The notes beneath the pieces are model-generated. The model was not told the DNA's origin. It ran no database searches and worked only from the letters and a program-made list of their open reading frames with translations. Position numbers and translations under genes: made by a program. 64,000 nt of DNA from Candidatus Hydrogenedentota bacterium (GTDB lineage: Bacteria; Hydrogenedentota; Hydrogenedentia; Hydrogenedentales; SLHB01). The stretch covers positions 800,001 to 864,000 of the forward strand of contig CAXXTH010000017.1 of the NCBI GenBank assembly GCA_963668025.2, read 5' to 3'. The stretch's first letter is position 1, and each line of letters opens with the position of its first letter. Positions 49,935-58,629 of this stretch are shown piece after piece.

Positions 49935-50941
49935 CTTAAACCCATTGATCTCAACTTTAAATGTTCCAATTTTGAGTCGGCGAGCAGGAGCAAATACCGG
50001 AACAATATCAGTGTAAGGCTCAGTATGATCTTCAACTTTTAGATAAAGAAAAGCAACAATACTGGAATCTTGGTAGCATAAATATGCTGTTTCATCAGCT
50101 TTACGATTAAACCATGAATCGAAACCTGGATAGTCAGAACGAAAGCTATCAAAAAACTGACTTTCTATATTTGTGTTTCCAAATAGCTCTTTTTTGACAG
50201 AAAGAACATGGTAGTCAACTAGTTCTGGGTTTTCCGAAACGACCTTTTCAAGAAAACTGTCAATCGTGAACACACGATCAAAAATGCCTAGCAAATCGGC
50301 TTTTCTTAGAATGCCACGGTCTTCAGAAATCAATATATCAACGCGGTTACAGAAGAGTTCATTTAGTATTATTGTATCATTACGATCATTTGGCGTGTTA
50401 TCCATTGATGTACTGAGGCTCTCGACCTCATCCGCCATTGGCGCTGTCGTCTTAATCATGCTGTAGGCCTCGAGCTTCACCGAGAAAGCTTTTCGTACCC
50501 TCTCATCATTATGTTGCTTGATCTCTTCCAAAGTAACTGGATGCACACATTTCTCATACTTAAGACGATCAAGCCAAGCAAAAAGTTTGCCGATTGTTGG
50601 TTGGACGACAGTTGAAGCTTCGCGGTGAATGATTATGTTGGTGTCCAGTAGAGCACGCATGTTGCACCTCTTCTGACGCTTAGCTTTTTTCTCGCCAGTA
50701 AAAACAGAAATTACCTATATAACACCACCTATATAAATATTTACTATACCAGAAGCATATTAAAAATATTTTATATGACATAGGCTTGCGAATTAAGCTG
50801 AAACCCCTACTTTCGATTTCTTGATATATTACATATTACGAGTAAAGGTGATTGTTTTCAAGATTAATCACCAATGGAGACGCCTATTAGCAAATCCATT
50901 TTTCCTATTTCTGTATAGTGTTTCTTTTTAGTGCCGCATCT

Positions 50942-51110
50942 TTTCAACGCAAGGCGCCAAGAACGCGGAGGTCCGCAGAGTAAGAAGAGCGAATGAAACC
51001 TTGCTTACGATGAATTCCTTTTTACATCTAAAAATAAATTTGTTCGGAAAATAGAAACATAGTATAGCCTCTCCGATAAACTCTGCGTTCTTAGCGCCTC
51101 TACGTTGAAA
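50942..51110. repeat. inverted-repeat element with short-period arms at the island border
   Basis: Left TTTCAACGCAAGGCGCCAAGAACGCGGAG; right reverse complement TTTCAACGTAGAGGCGCTAAGAACGCAGAG; AT-rich spacer. Confidence 0.75.
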
Positions 51111-51202
51111 TGGTTTTACTTTGCCGCCGCCCCCGCCAGCGTGTACACTACTCGTGCATGGCGGATGGATGGTCCAGCCGGAAAAATGAATGGGGATTAC
51201 TG

Positions 51203-53455
51203 ATGAGTTTGCGTGAAGATGCCTTAAATTATCACCGTTGCGGGCGCAAGGGGAAAATCGAGGTCGCGGCGACGAAGCCGTGCCTGACCCAGCGGGACCT
51301 CTCGCTGGCGTATACGCCGGGCGTGGCGGCACCGTGCCTGGACATCGAGAAAGACCCGTCCCTCGTCTTTGATTACACCGCGAAAGGCAATCTGGTGGCG
51401 GTGATCTCGAACGGCACGGCGGTGCTCGGGCTGGGCGATATCGGGGCCATGGCGGGCAAGCCGGTCATGGAGGGCAAAGGGGTGTTGTTCAAACGGTTCG
51501 CGGATATCGACGTGTTCGATATCGAGCTGGACTCCCACGACCCGGAAGCCATCGTACAGGCCGTGAAGCTCATGGAGCCCACCTTCGGCGGCATTAACCT
51601 CGAGGACATCAAAGCGCCCGAATGCTTTTACATCGAGGAGCGCCTCAAGGAGCTGATGGACATCCCCGTGTTTCATGACGACCAGCATGGCACGGCGATC
51701 ATCTCGGGCGCGGGGCTTCTAAACGCCCTCGAAGTCGTGGGCAAGCGCATCGAGGACGTGCGCATCGTGTTCAACGGCGCGGGCGCGGCGGGGATTGCTT
51801 GCGCGAAGCTCTACATCAAGCTTGGCGTCCGGCCCGAAAACCTCTATTTGTGCGACAGCAAAGGCGTTATTTATAAAGGCCGCACGGCGGGCATGAATCC
51901 GTACAAGGAGGCGCTGGCCGTCGAGACGGACGCCCGCACGCTCGAGGACGCCATGCGGGGCGCGGATGTGTTCGCGGGGCTGTCCGCGGCGAACACGGTG
52001 ACGAAGGACATGGTGCGCTCGATGGCGGCCAATCCAATCATCTTCGCCATGGCCAATCCGGACCCGGAGATCACCCCCGAGGACGCGATGTCGGTGCGCG
52101 ATGACCTCATCATGGCCACGGGACGCAGCGATTATCCGAACCAGATCAACAATGTGCTGGGCTTTCCGTTCATATTCCGGGGCGCGCTCGATGTGCGCGC
52201 GCGGGCCATCAACGACGAAATGAAGATCGCGGCCACGCACGCCCTCGCCGATTTGGCTAAGCAACCCGTGCCTTACCAGGTCGCCCAGGCCTACGGCGTC
52301 GGCCATCTCCAGTTCGGGCGCGACTACATCATCCCGAAGCCCTTCGACCCGCGCGTGCTCATCTGGGAGGCGTCGGCGGTGGCGAAGGCGGCCATGGAAA
52401 CGGGCGTGGCGCGCATCCAGATCGACATCGACGAATACCGCGAGCGCCTCGAGGCGCGGCTGGGTTATGGCCGGAAGATTATGCGCACCATGATCAACAA
52501 GGCGCGAAAGGCCCCGAAGCGCATCGTGTATCCCGAGGGCGACCATGCGCCCATCCTCAAGGCCTGCGAGACGATCCTCGACGAGGGCATCGCCCAGCCC
52601 ATCCTGCTCGGCCCCGCGAAACGCATCGAGTCCATGATGGACGAATTGGGGCTAAACCTGAAGAGCCGCGTCGAGATCATCGACCCGCGCAACACGGACC
52701 GCCACGACCACTACGAAGAGCACCTGTACGAACTGCGCCAGCGCAAGGGCGTCACGCGGCAATTCGCCCACGAGCTCATGGTGATGCGCAATTATTTCGG
52801 CGCGATGATGGTCCATCACGGCGACGCCGACGGCCTGGTGTCGGGCCTGACGAGCCAGTACGCCGATACGCTGCGCCCCGCCCTCCAGATCATCGGCGCG
52901 CGGCCGGGCGTGAAGAAGGTTGCCGGCATGAACATGCTCGTGACGCGCGACCAGATCTATTTCTTTGCCGATGTGACGGTGAATGTCATGCCCACTGCGG
53001 AGGAACTGGCGGATATCGCCCTGCTTTGCGCGGACGCCGTACGGCGCTTCGACATCGAGCCGCGCATCGCCATGATCTCCTTCACGAATTTCGGCGGCGT
53101 GCGGTTTCCCGAGAACGAGAAGATGCGCCAGGCGGTGGAATTGGTGCGGGCGCGCGAGCCTAAGCTTATTATTGATGGCGAAGTGCAGGCCGACATCGCC
53201 ATAAGCCCCGAGATTCTGCGGCGCGATTTCCCCTTCACCACACTGCAAGACGGTGCGAACGTGCTCATATTCCCCTGCCTGACATCCAGCAATTCCGCCC
53301 TCCGCATTGTACAGCGCCTGGGAGGAGCAGAAGCCATCGGGCCCATCCTGCTGGGCATGGACAAGCCCGTCCACGTGCTGCAATACGGCGGCTATAATGA
53401 GATTGATGTGATCCACATGACCGCCTTGGCGGCCGTCGACGCACAAGAGAAGTAG
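51203..53455 (+). CDS. maeB: NADP-dependent malic enzyme with C-terminal PTA-like domain
   Basis: [42 protein letters not shown]; C-terminal [16 protein letters not shown]. Confidence 0.96.
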   Translation: MSLREDALNYHRCGRKGKIEVAATKPCLTQRDLSLAYTPGVAAPCLDIEKDPSLVFDYTAKGNLVAVISNGTAVLGLGDIGAMAGKPVMEGKGVLFKRFADIDVFDIELDSHDPEAIVQAVKLMEPTFGGINLEDIKAPECFYIEERLKELMDIPVFHDDQHGTAIISGAGLLNALEVVGKRIEDVRIVFNGAGAAGIACAKLYIKLGVRPENLYLCDSKGVIYKGRTAGMNPYKEALAVETDARTLEDAMRGADVFAGLSAANTVTKDMVRSMAANPIIFAMANPDPEITPEDAMSVRDDLIMATGRSDYPNQINNVLGFPFIFRGALDVRARAINDEMKIAATHALADLAKQPVPYQVAQAYGVGHLQFGRDYIIPKPFDPRVLIWEASAVAKAAMETGVARIQIDIDEYRERLEARLGYGRKIMRTMINKARKAPKRIVYPEGDHAPILKACETILDEGIAQPILLGPAKRIESMMDELGLNLKSRVEIIDPRNTDRHDHYEEHLYELRQRKGVTRQFAHELMVMRNYFGAMMVHHGDADGLVSGLTSQYADTLRPALQIIGARPGVKKVAGMNMLVTRDQIYFFADVTVNVMPTAEELADIALLCADAVRRFDIEPRIAMISFTNFGGVRFPENEKMRQAVELVRAREPKLIIDGEVQADIAISPEILRRDFPFTTLQDGANVLIFPCLTSSNSALRIVQRLGGAEAIGPILLGMDKPVHVLQYGGYNEIDVIHMTALAAVDAQEK

Positions 53456-53466
53456 AAGACAAAAAA

Positions 53467-53502
53467 GCGGGGAGAACCTTTTTGCAAAAAGGTTCTCCCC
53501 GC
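53467..53502. terminator. perfect 36-bp palindrome after maeB (terminator or dispersed repeat)
   Basis: GCGGGGAGAACCTTTTTG|CAAAAAGGTTCTCCCCGC. Confidence 0.65.
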
Positions 53503-53540
53503 ACCCCTCTCCAAAAACCTTTGATTTGACGTTGTTGTTT

Positions 53541-53571
53541 TCGTGGCATGGGCATCTCGCCCATGCCACGA
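53541..53571 (+). repeat. REP-like hairpin serving as the group IIC intron target
   Basis: TCGTGGCATGGGC-ATCTC-GCCCATGCCACGA, then TTTT, then the intron 5' GTGTG. Confidence 0.75.
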
Positions 53572-53575
53572 TTTT

Positions 53576-55472
53576 GTGTGCCAAGCATGGCGCGGATCTA
53601 AGGGGTGTAAGTCCCCCTGCAAGCCCTGATGGTGGGAATTGCTAGCCAAGAGCAAGGGCGTCGCCGCGAGGCGGGGTCTGGAGGAAGCAGGAGGCAAAAG
53701 TCGGACTCGACGCACAGAAACCGGATAGAAGGCCGGGGTGGCGGGGCAAGCCAGCAATGGATGGCGACGCCCAATAACCATTCGGACACACACCTTGGTA
53801 AATCCGGCGAGGCCCGGCGGAAAGAGGCGCGTCTTACCTTGGGAGACCTGTTCATCTGTCTGGAAGAGCCAGACTAGCGGGATGGCAACATGTCGCGAGG
53901 GGTGTGGGCAGGAGTCAGCCGAGGCCATAATACCCGCAAGGGGAAGGGCCGAATCGATCATTCAAGGAGCAGCATTGAACGTCTCGTGGGATAGGGAGCG
54001 GCAGGAAGTAGCAGGTTGCCAGATGGAGTTCCCACTGGAGTCGGCTTGCCACGGCGCAATCGGAGAAGGCGGAACCGAATCGGATGCGTTCGAGGCGCGG
54101 CAACTATCCCCGGCGGCGAACAAGAGGCGAGCCTTGACGCAAGACTTGATGGAACGGGTCGCGAGTCTTGCGAACCTGACGGAAGCGGTACGCCGGGTGC
54201 AACGGAACAAAGGCGCGGCGGGTGCGGACGGCATGAGCGTACGCGACCTGAAGCGTTGGTTTCCGGAACACTGGCGGGGACTGCAAGAGGAACTGACGGC
54301 AGGGCGCTACCGTCCCCAACCGGTGTTGGGAGTGCAAATCCCCAAGCCGGGCGGGGGGATGCGGCAACTGGGCATTCCGACGGTGGTGGACCGAGTCGTG
54401 CAACAAGCGCTCTTGCAGGCTCTCGAACCGCTTCTAGACCCGGCCTTCTCGGAAAGCAGTTATGGATTTCGTCCAAGGCACAATGCACATCAGGCGCTGC
54501 GGCAAGCCAGCACGTACGTAAGCGAAGGCCGCTGCATTGTTGTGGACATGGACCTGGAAAAATTCTTCGACCGGGTCAACCACGACATCCTGATGGCGCG
54601 CGTGGCGCGGCACGTGTCAGACAAACGCGTACTCCGACTCATCCGCTGGTTTCTTGAAGTCGGCATGATGCAGAACGGCGTATGCATCGAACGATACGAA
54701 GGGACCCCGCAAGGCGGTCCTCTATCGCCGCTGCTGGCCAACCTGCTCTTGGACGACCTGGACAAGGAGTTGGAGAAACGAGGGCATCGTTTTTGCCGCT
54801 ATGCGGACGACTGCAACATTTACGTGCAGACGATACGCGCGGGAGAACGTGTCCTGACATCGGTCACGCAGTTCCTTGAGGGGAAGCTGAAACTACGGGT
54901 GAACCGCGAGAAGAGCGCGGTGGCGTTCGTGGGAGAGCGGAAATTTTTGGGTTATCGCTTGCTGGGTGGGGGGCGATTGGGCATCGCGCCCAAGAGCCTC
55001 GACCGGGCGAAAGACCGCATCCGCGACATCACGCGACGCAACCGCGGCGACGCCAAAGTGCGCCAGATGATTGAGGAGCTCAACAGCTTCCTGAGCGGCT
55101 GGATAACCTACTATCGGTTTGCCGAAGCAAAGGGCCATCTGGAACGCCTCGGGGAATGGATGCGGCGCAAACTGCGCTGCGTCATCCTCAAACGCCTCAA
55201 GCGCACGAAAACCATAGCGGACTTCCTTAGAAAACTAGGCGTGCCGCAATTTCAGGCGTGGATACTCGCAGGGTCCGGGAAGGGCTGGTGGCGCAAAGCG
55301 GGGAGTCCTCCCGCGCAACACGCCATGGACAAACAATGGTTCGCGAAACAAAAACTGATAGACCCGGTTCAACGGTACGAAACGTTCAAAAATGACCGAA
55401 ACCGCCGTGGTACCGAGCAGGTATGCCCGGTGGTGTGAGAGGGGGGGACCGTGAGGAACCCCCCTACTCGAT
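53576..55472 (+). mobile_element. group II intron, class IIC (about 1897 nt)
   Basis: 5' GTGTGCCAAGCATGGCGC; domain V AACCGCCG..CGGTGGT with CGC triad; domain VI GAGAGGGGGGG..CCCCCCTACTCGAT with bulged A and AY end; inserted directly after a stem-loop. Confidence 0.9.
54023..55438 (+). CDS. ltrA: group II intron reverse transcriptase/maturase, no endonuclease domain
   Basis: NKGAAGADG, IPKPGGGMRQLGIPTVVDR, SYGFRP, DLEKFFD, GTPQGGPLSPLL, RYADD, domain X; start uncertain (54023 or 54149). Confidence 0.93.
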   Translation: MEFPLESACHGAIGEGGTESDAFEARQLSPAANKRRALTQDLMERVASLANLTEAVRRVQRNKGAAGADGMSVRDLKRWFPEHWRGLQEELTAGRYRPQPVLGVQIPKPGGGMRQLGIPTVVDRVVQQALLQALEPLLDPAFSESSYGFRPRHNAHQALRQASTYVSEGRCIVVDMDLEKFFDRVNHDILMARVARHVSDKRVLRLIRWFLEVGMMQNGVCIERYEGTPQGGPLSPLLANLLLDDLDKELEKRGHRFCRYADDCNIYVQTIRAGERVLTSVTQFLEGKLKLRVNREKSAVAFVGERKFLGYRLLGGGRLGIAPKSLDRAKDRIRDITRRNRGDAKVRQMIEELNSFLSGWITYYRFAEAKGHLERLGEWMRRKLRCVILKRLKRTKTIADFLRKLGVPQFQAWILAGSGKGWWRKAGSPPAQHAMDKQWFAKQKLIDPVQRYETFKNDRNRRGTEQVCPVV

Positions 55473-55495
55473 TACCGTTGATTTGGATTTGCACC

Positions 55496-55519
55496 GCGCG
55501 ATGACCGCCATCGTGCTAC
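55496..55519 (-). repeat. GTAG-type REP-like hairpin downstream of the intron
   Basis: Reverse complement GTAG-CACGATG-GCGGT-CATCGCG. Confidence 0.5.
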
Positions 55520-55537
55520 ATACAATTTTAGTAATAC

Positions 55538-55803
55538 TTTAACCGACTGAAGAAAGAGCTGTTTTTTTTGACATGATTTACATGATGGACAAGATTGGAC
55601 AAGATCGCCAGGATTATTTGCAAATCTGAACGTTAATCTAGAAAGTATCCGGGCGCGTTCTTTTGTGTAGCAAAATTGCCATCAAAAAAAATCTTGTCCC
55701 ATCTTGTAAATCATGTCTAAAAATAAATGCCTCCATTATAGGCGGTTTATTATGTATTCTCAGTTCAAAAACTGTCCCGGTACTTTCACTTCAGTCGGCT
55801 AAA
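55538..55803. repeat. nested inverted repeats
   Basis: Outer TTTAACCGACTGAAG / CTTCAGTCGGCTAAA (14 of 15 match); inner GACATGATTTACATGATGGACAAGATT / AATCTTGTCCCATCTTGTAAATCATGTC. Confidence 0.7.
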
Positions 55804-55851
55804 TTGTTACCAATTTTAAACCGCTTTATATGGGTGCAACAAAAATATTTG

Positions 55852-55880
55852 AGGCCGGCCCGCCTCCGGCGGACCGGCCT
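55852..55880 (-). terminator. terminator-like hairpin downstream of ackA
   Basis: AGGCCGGCCCGCC-TCC-GGCGGACCGGCCT, followed on the minus strand by CAAATATTTTT. Confidence 0.55.
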
Positions 55881-55907
55881 TCTGGAGGAGGAGGCGCCAT
55901 TCCGTAG

Positions 55908-57164
55908 CTACTTGGCCACGGCGGCCTGTTGAGGAGCAGTAATGTGTCCGGCCACTATGCGGGCCGTGTCTTCTGCTATAACGAGTTCTTCGTTCGTTTT
56001 GATGACAAGGGCTTTACAGGTCGAATCGTCCGTGCTGATCACGCACTCGTTGCGCGCATTGCGGTCCGCGTCGAGATGGCAGCCGAGGTATCCGGCGTTG
56101 GCCAGGATGCGCTTACGCATCGCGAAGCCGTTCTCTCCGATGCCCGCCGTGAATACGATAGCGTCGCAGCCGCCCATGACCATCGCGTAGTTGCCGATGA
56201 ATGCCGCGACGCGGTACGCGAACATCTCGAGCGCCAGCTCGCACAGCTCATCGCCCGCCGCCGCGCGCTTTTCAATGTCGCGCATGTCATTATGGCCGCT
56301 CACGCCCAGCAAGCCGCTCTGCTTGTTCAGCGTGGTATCCACTTCATCCACGGTCATCCCGAGGGCCTTGGTCATGAACAACGGCAGATAGGGGTCCAAA
56401 TCTCCGGGGCGCGTGCCCATCATGAGCCCGCCCAGCGGCGTCAGGCCCATGCTCGTATCCACGCATTTTCCGCCCTTCACCGCTGAAACACTGCTGCCAT
56501 TGCCCAGGTGGCACGTGATCACCCGCGTGTCCTTGGCTGGCATATCGAGCAATTCAACGGCTTTTTTCGAGACGAACAAGTGCGAGGTGCCGTGGAAGCC
56601 ATATTTGCGCACGCCGTGTTCGGTATACAGTTTGCGGGGCAGGGGATATTGATACGCCACCGGCGGAATCGAGGCATGGAAGGCCGTGTCGAAGACCGCG
56701 ACTTGCGGCACGTCCGGGAATATTTCCTGGCACGCCCGAATGCCTTGCAGCGCGGGCGGATTGTGGAGCGGGGCCAGTTTGCAACATTTCTCGATGCAGC
56801 CAATTACGGCGTCGTCGATCAATACCGAATCACTGAATTCTTCACCGCCATGCACCACGCGATGGCCGATGCCCACGATCTCCGAGATATCCTCGATGAT
56901 GCCGCATTGCTCGCTCAAGAGTATCTTGCAGATCGCATTGATGGCGGCCCGGTGGTCCGGAAGATTAATCTCCCCTGCTTTACCGAACATCTGCGCCGCG
57001 CATTCTTTAGAATGGACTAAACCGCAATCGCAATTAATATTTGCCGTGCAACCGCCCACCCGTTCAATAAGCCCATGGGCCAAATCCACGGATTTTCCGT
57101 TGCTACATTCAAACACCCGGTACTTCACGGAAGAAGAACCGGTATTCAACACAAGGACTTTCAT
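55908..57164 (-). CDS. ackA: acetate kinase
   Basis: VLVLNTGSSSVK, GHRVVHGG, LAPLHN, FDTAFH, YGFHGTSH, DTSMGLTPL, FTAGIGEN, TNEE. Confidence 0.97.
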   Translation of the reverse strand: MKVLVLNTGSSSVKYRVFECSNGKSVDLAHGLIERVGGCTANINCDCGLVHSKECAAQMFGKAGEINLPDHRAAINAICKILLSEQCGIIEDISEIVGIGHRVVHGGEEFSDSVLIDDAVIGCIEKCCKLAPLHNPPALQGIRACQEIFPDVPQVAVFDTAFHASIPPVAYQYPLPRKLYTEHGVRKYGFHGTSHLFVSKKAVELLDMPAKDTRVITCHLGNGSSVSAVKGGKCVDTSMGLTPLGGLMMGTRPGDLDPYLPLFMTKALGMTVDEVDTTLNKQSGLLGVSGHNDMRDIEKRAAAGDELCELALEMFAYRVAAFIGNYAMVMGGCDAIVFTAGIGENGFAMRKRILANAGYLGCHLDADRNARNECVISTDDSTCKALVIKTNEELVIAEDTARIVAGHITAPQQAAVAK

Positions 57165-57263
57165 AACTTCCTTTCTTCTCGCCGCCCATTCAGGCGGTGG
57201 CAGGCTCGAGTGCGCCTGTCCCATTACATTGTAACCTCAATTGCTCAAAACCGGCAACTCGTT

Positions 57264-58283
57264 TTATGCGTTTCTTTTCCGAGTGATTTGGCCCTGTACC
57301 ACCGTAATGGCCGCAACGCCTACGATATCCTCCGCCACGCATCCGCGTGATAAGTCATTGACTGGCAATCGGATACCCTGGATGATGGGGCCGTACGCCT
57401 CCGCGTTCGCCAATCGCTGCACCAGCTTATACGCGGAATTTCCGCAGTTCAGGTCGGGAAATACTAGCACGCGCGCCTTACCCGCCACGGGGCTGCCGGG
57501 AGCTTTCGACGCGCCCACCTTCTCGACGATGGCCGCGTCCACTTGGAGTTCGCCGTCCAGCACGACGCCCTCTTCCGGCTTGAAATGGCTGCCGAGCCGT
57601 TCGAGGGCGATGCGCGTCGCCTCGACTACTTTCTCCGTCAAATGGCTTTTCGCCGAGCCCTTGGTGCTGTAGGAGATCATCGCGACCGTCGGCGGAATGC
57701 CAAAACTCAACGCCGTCCGCGCGGACGACAAGGCGATCTCCGCAAGCTGTTCGGTGTTGGGGTCTTCCACCAAGCCCGAATCCGCGAAGATAAACGTCCG
57801 TCCATCCGCTTCCGGCATGGCCATGAAGAAGAAGGCCGATACGATGGAACTGCCGGGGGCCGTACGTAGAATCTGGAGCGCGGGGCGCAAAGTGTCGCCC
57901 GTGGAATGAATCGCACCGGCGACGAGCCCGCCGCCTAAACCCTTGTGCAGCATCATCATGCCATGGGGAATGGGCTGGAGCATCGTGGCGCGGGCTTGCT
58001 CCTCGGTAAGCCCCTTCGCTTTGCGCATTTGATAAAACTCGTCGATGAACGCGTCCAAATGGCCCGCCGCCGCCGGGTCCACCAGCTCGAATTCGCGCGT
58101 GATGCCGAGTTCCGCCTGTTTCGCCGCCACTTGATCCCGTGCGCCTACTAATACGACGTGGGCAATGCCCTTGTCCTCGATTTGCACCGCCGCGTGGAGC
58201 GTGCGCTCATCTTCCGGCTCAGGCAAGATAATGGTGCAGGGATCTTGTTGCGCCTTTGCGATGATGGTGTCAATGAATTTCAT
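57264..58283 (-). CDS. pta: phosphate acetyltransferase
   Basis: IILPEPEDER, LRPALQI, SYSTKGSA, DGELQVDAA, FPDLNCGN, PVNDLSRGC. Confidence 0.96.
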   Translation of the reverse strand: MKFIDTIIAKAQQDPCTIILPEPEDERTLHAAVQIEDKGIAHVVLVGARDQVAAKQAELGITREFELVDPAAAGHLDAFIDEFYQMRKAKGLTEEQARATMLQPIPHGMMMLHKGLGGGLVAGAIHSTGDTLRPALQILRTAPGSSIVSAFFFMAMPEADGRTFIFADSGLVEDPNTEQLAEIALSSARTALSFGIPPTVAMISYSTKGSAKSHLTEKVVEATRIALERLGSHFKPEEGVVLDGELQVDAAIVEKVGASKAPGSPVAGKARVLVFPDLNCGNSAYKLVQRLANAEAYGPIIQGIRLPVNDLSRGCVAEDIVGVAAITVVQGQITRKRNA

Positions 58284-58629
58284 AGGTTCCTCTCTTGTTT
58301 CGCCCCGCTGGGCGGATAGGATGCACACATATTCCGCGGCTGCGCCGACATTACATCAGGGGCATTACTGCTTGTTTTTTGGGAATTTCCTCAATCAACC
58401 AAATGCCTCGCACACATGAGAATCGTTCAACCTGTCTCTTGGCGGGCATTTGCGCATGAAAATCCCTGAACAAGGAAGCATGATTCATGCCGGACGATCC
58501 GCGAAAATCCCGAAAAACCAGTATCTCATTATCGGCCAAGTGGTTACTATTCAACATGCTGCTATACCGTTAGGTCAAGTTGCTTCAGAGCTTCGCCCAA
58601 GGGACAATATTGTTCAGGACACATCTGTC

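Larger units (their letters stand above)
47771..50660 (-). pseudogene. PIN-GNAT-PUA/EVE-like protein gene interrupted by an IS (503 aa when reconstructed)
   Basis: PIN: LLDTNIII..NDRND..ISED; GNAT: FFDSFRSDYPGFDSWF..LKIGTFKV..GFK|LGERFLK; C-terminal IVPIYPEYHTELLP..GDLIVFYR. Removing the IS and one target duplication restores an in-frame 1512-bp ORF. Confidence 0.88.

Noticed and set aside
48580-50016. 478-aa plus-strand ORF and 261-aa alternative-frame ORF over the IS
   Set aside because: Antisense or alternative-frame shadows of the GC-rich transposase, with no recognisable motifs
53738-54022. N-terminal extension of the RT ORF as an extra domain
   Set aside because: It overlaps the structured intron RNA domains and has no protein-like motifs; the true start is probably downstream
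53576-55472. RT as a retron, DGR or defence RT
   Set aside because: Clear group II intron boundaries, domains V and VI, and maturase domain X
58430-58460. Sigma54 -24/-12 promoter (TTGGCGGGCATTTGC)
   Set aside because: GG-to-GC spacing is 9 rather than 10 nt and it points away from pta
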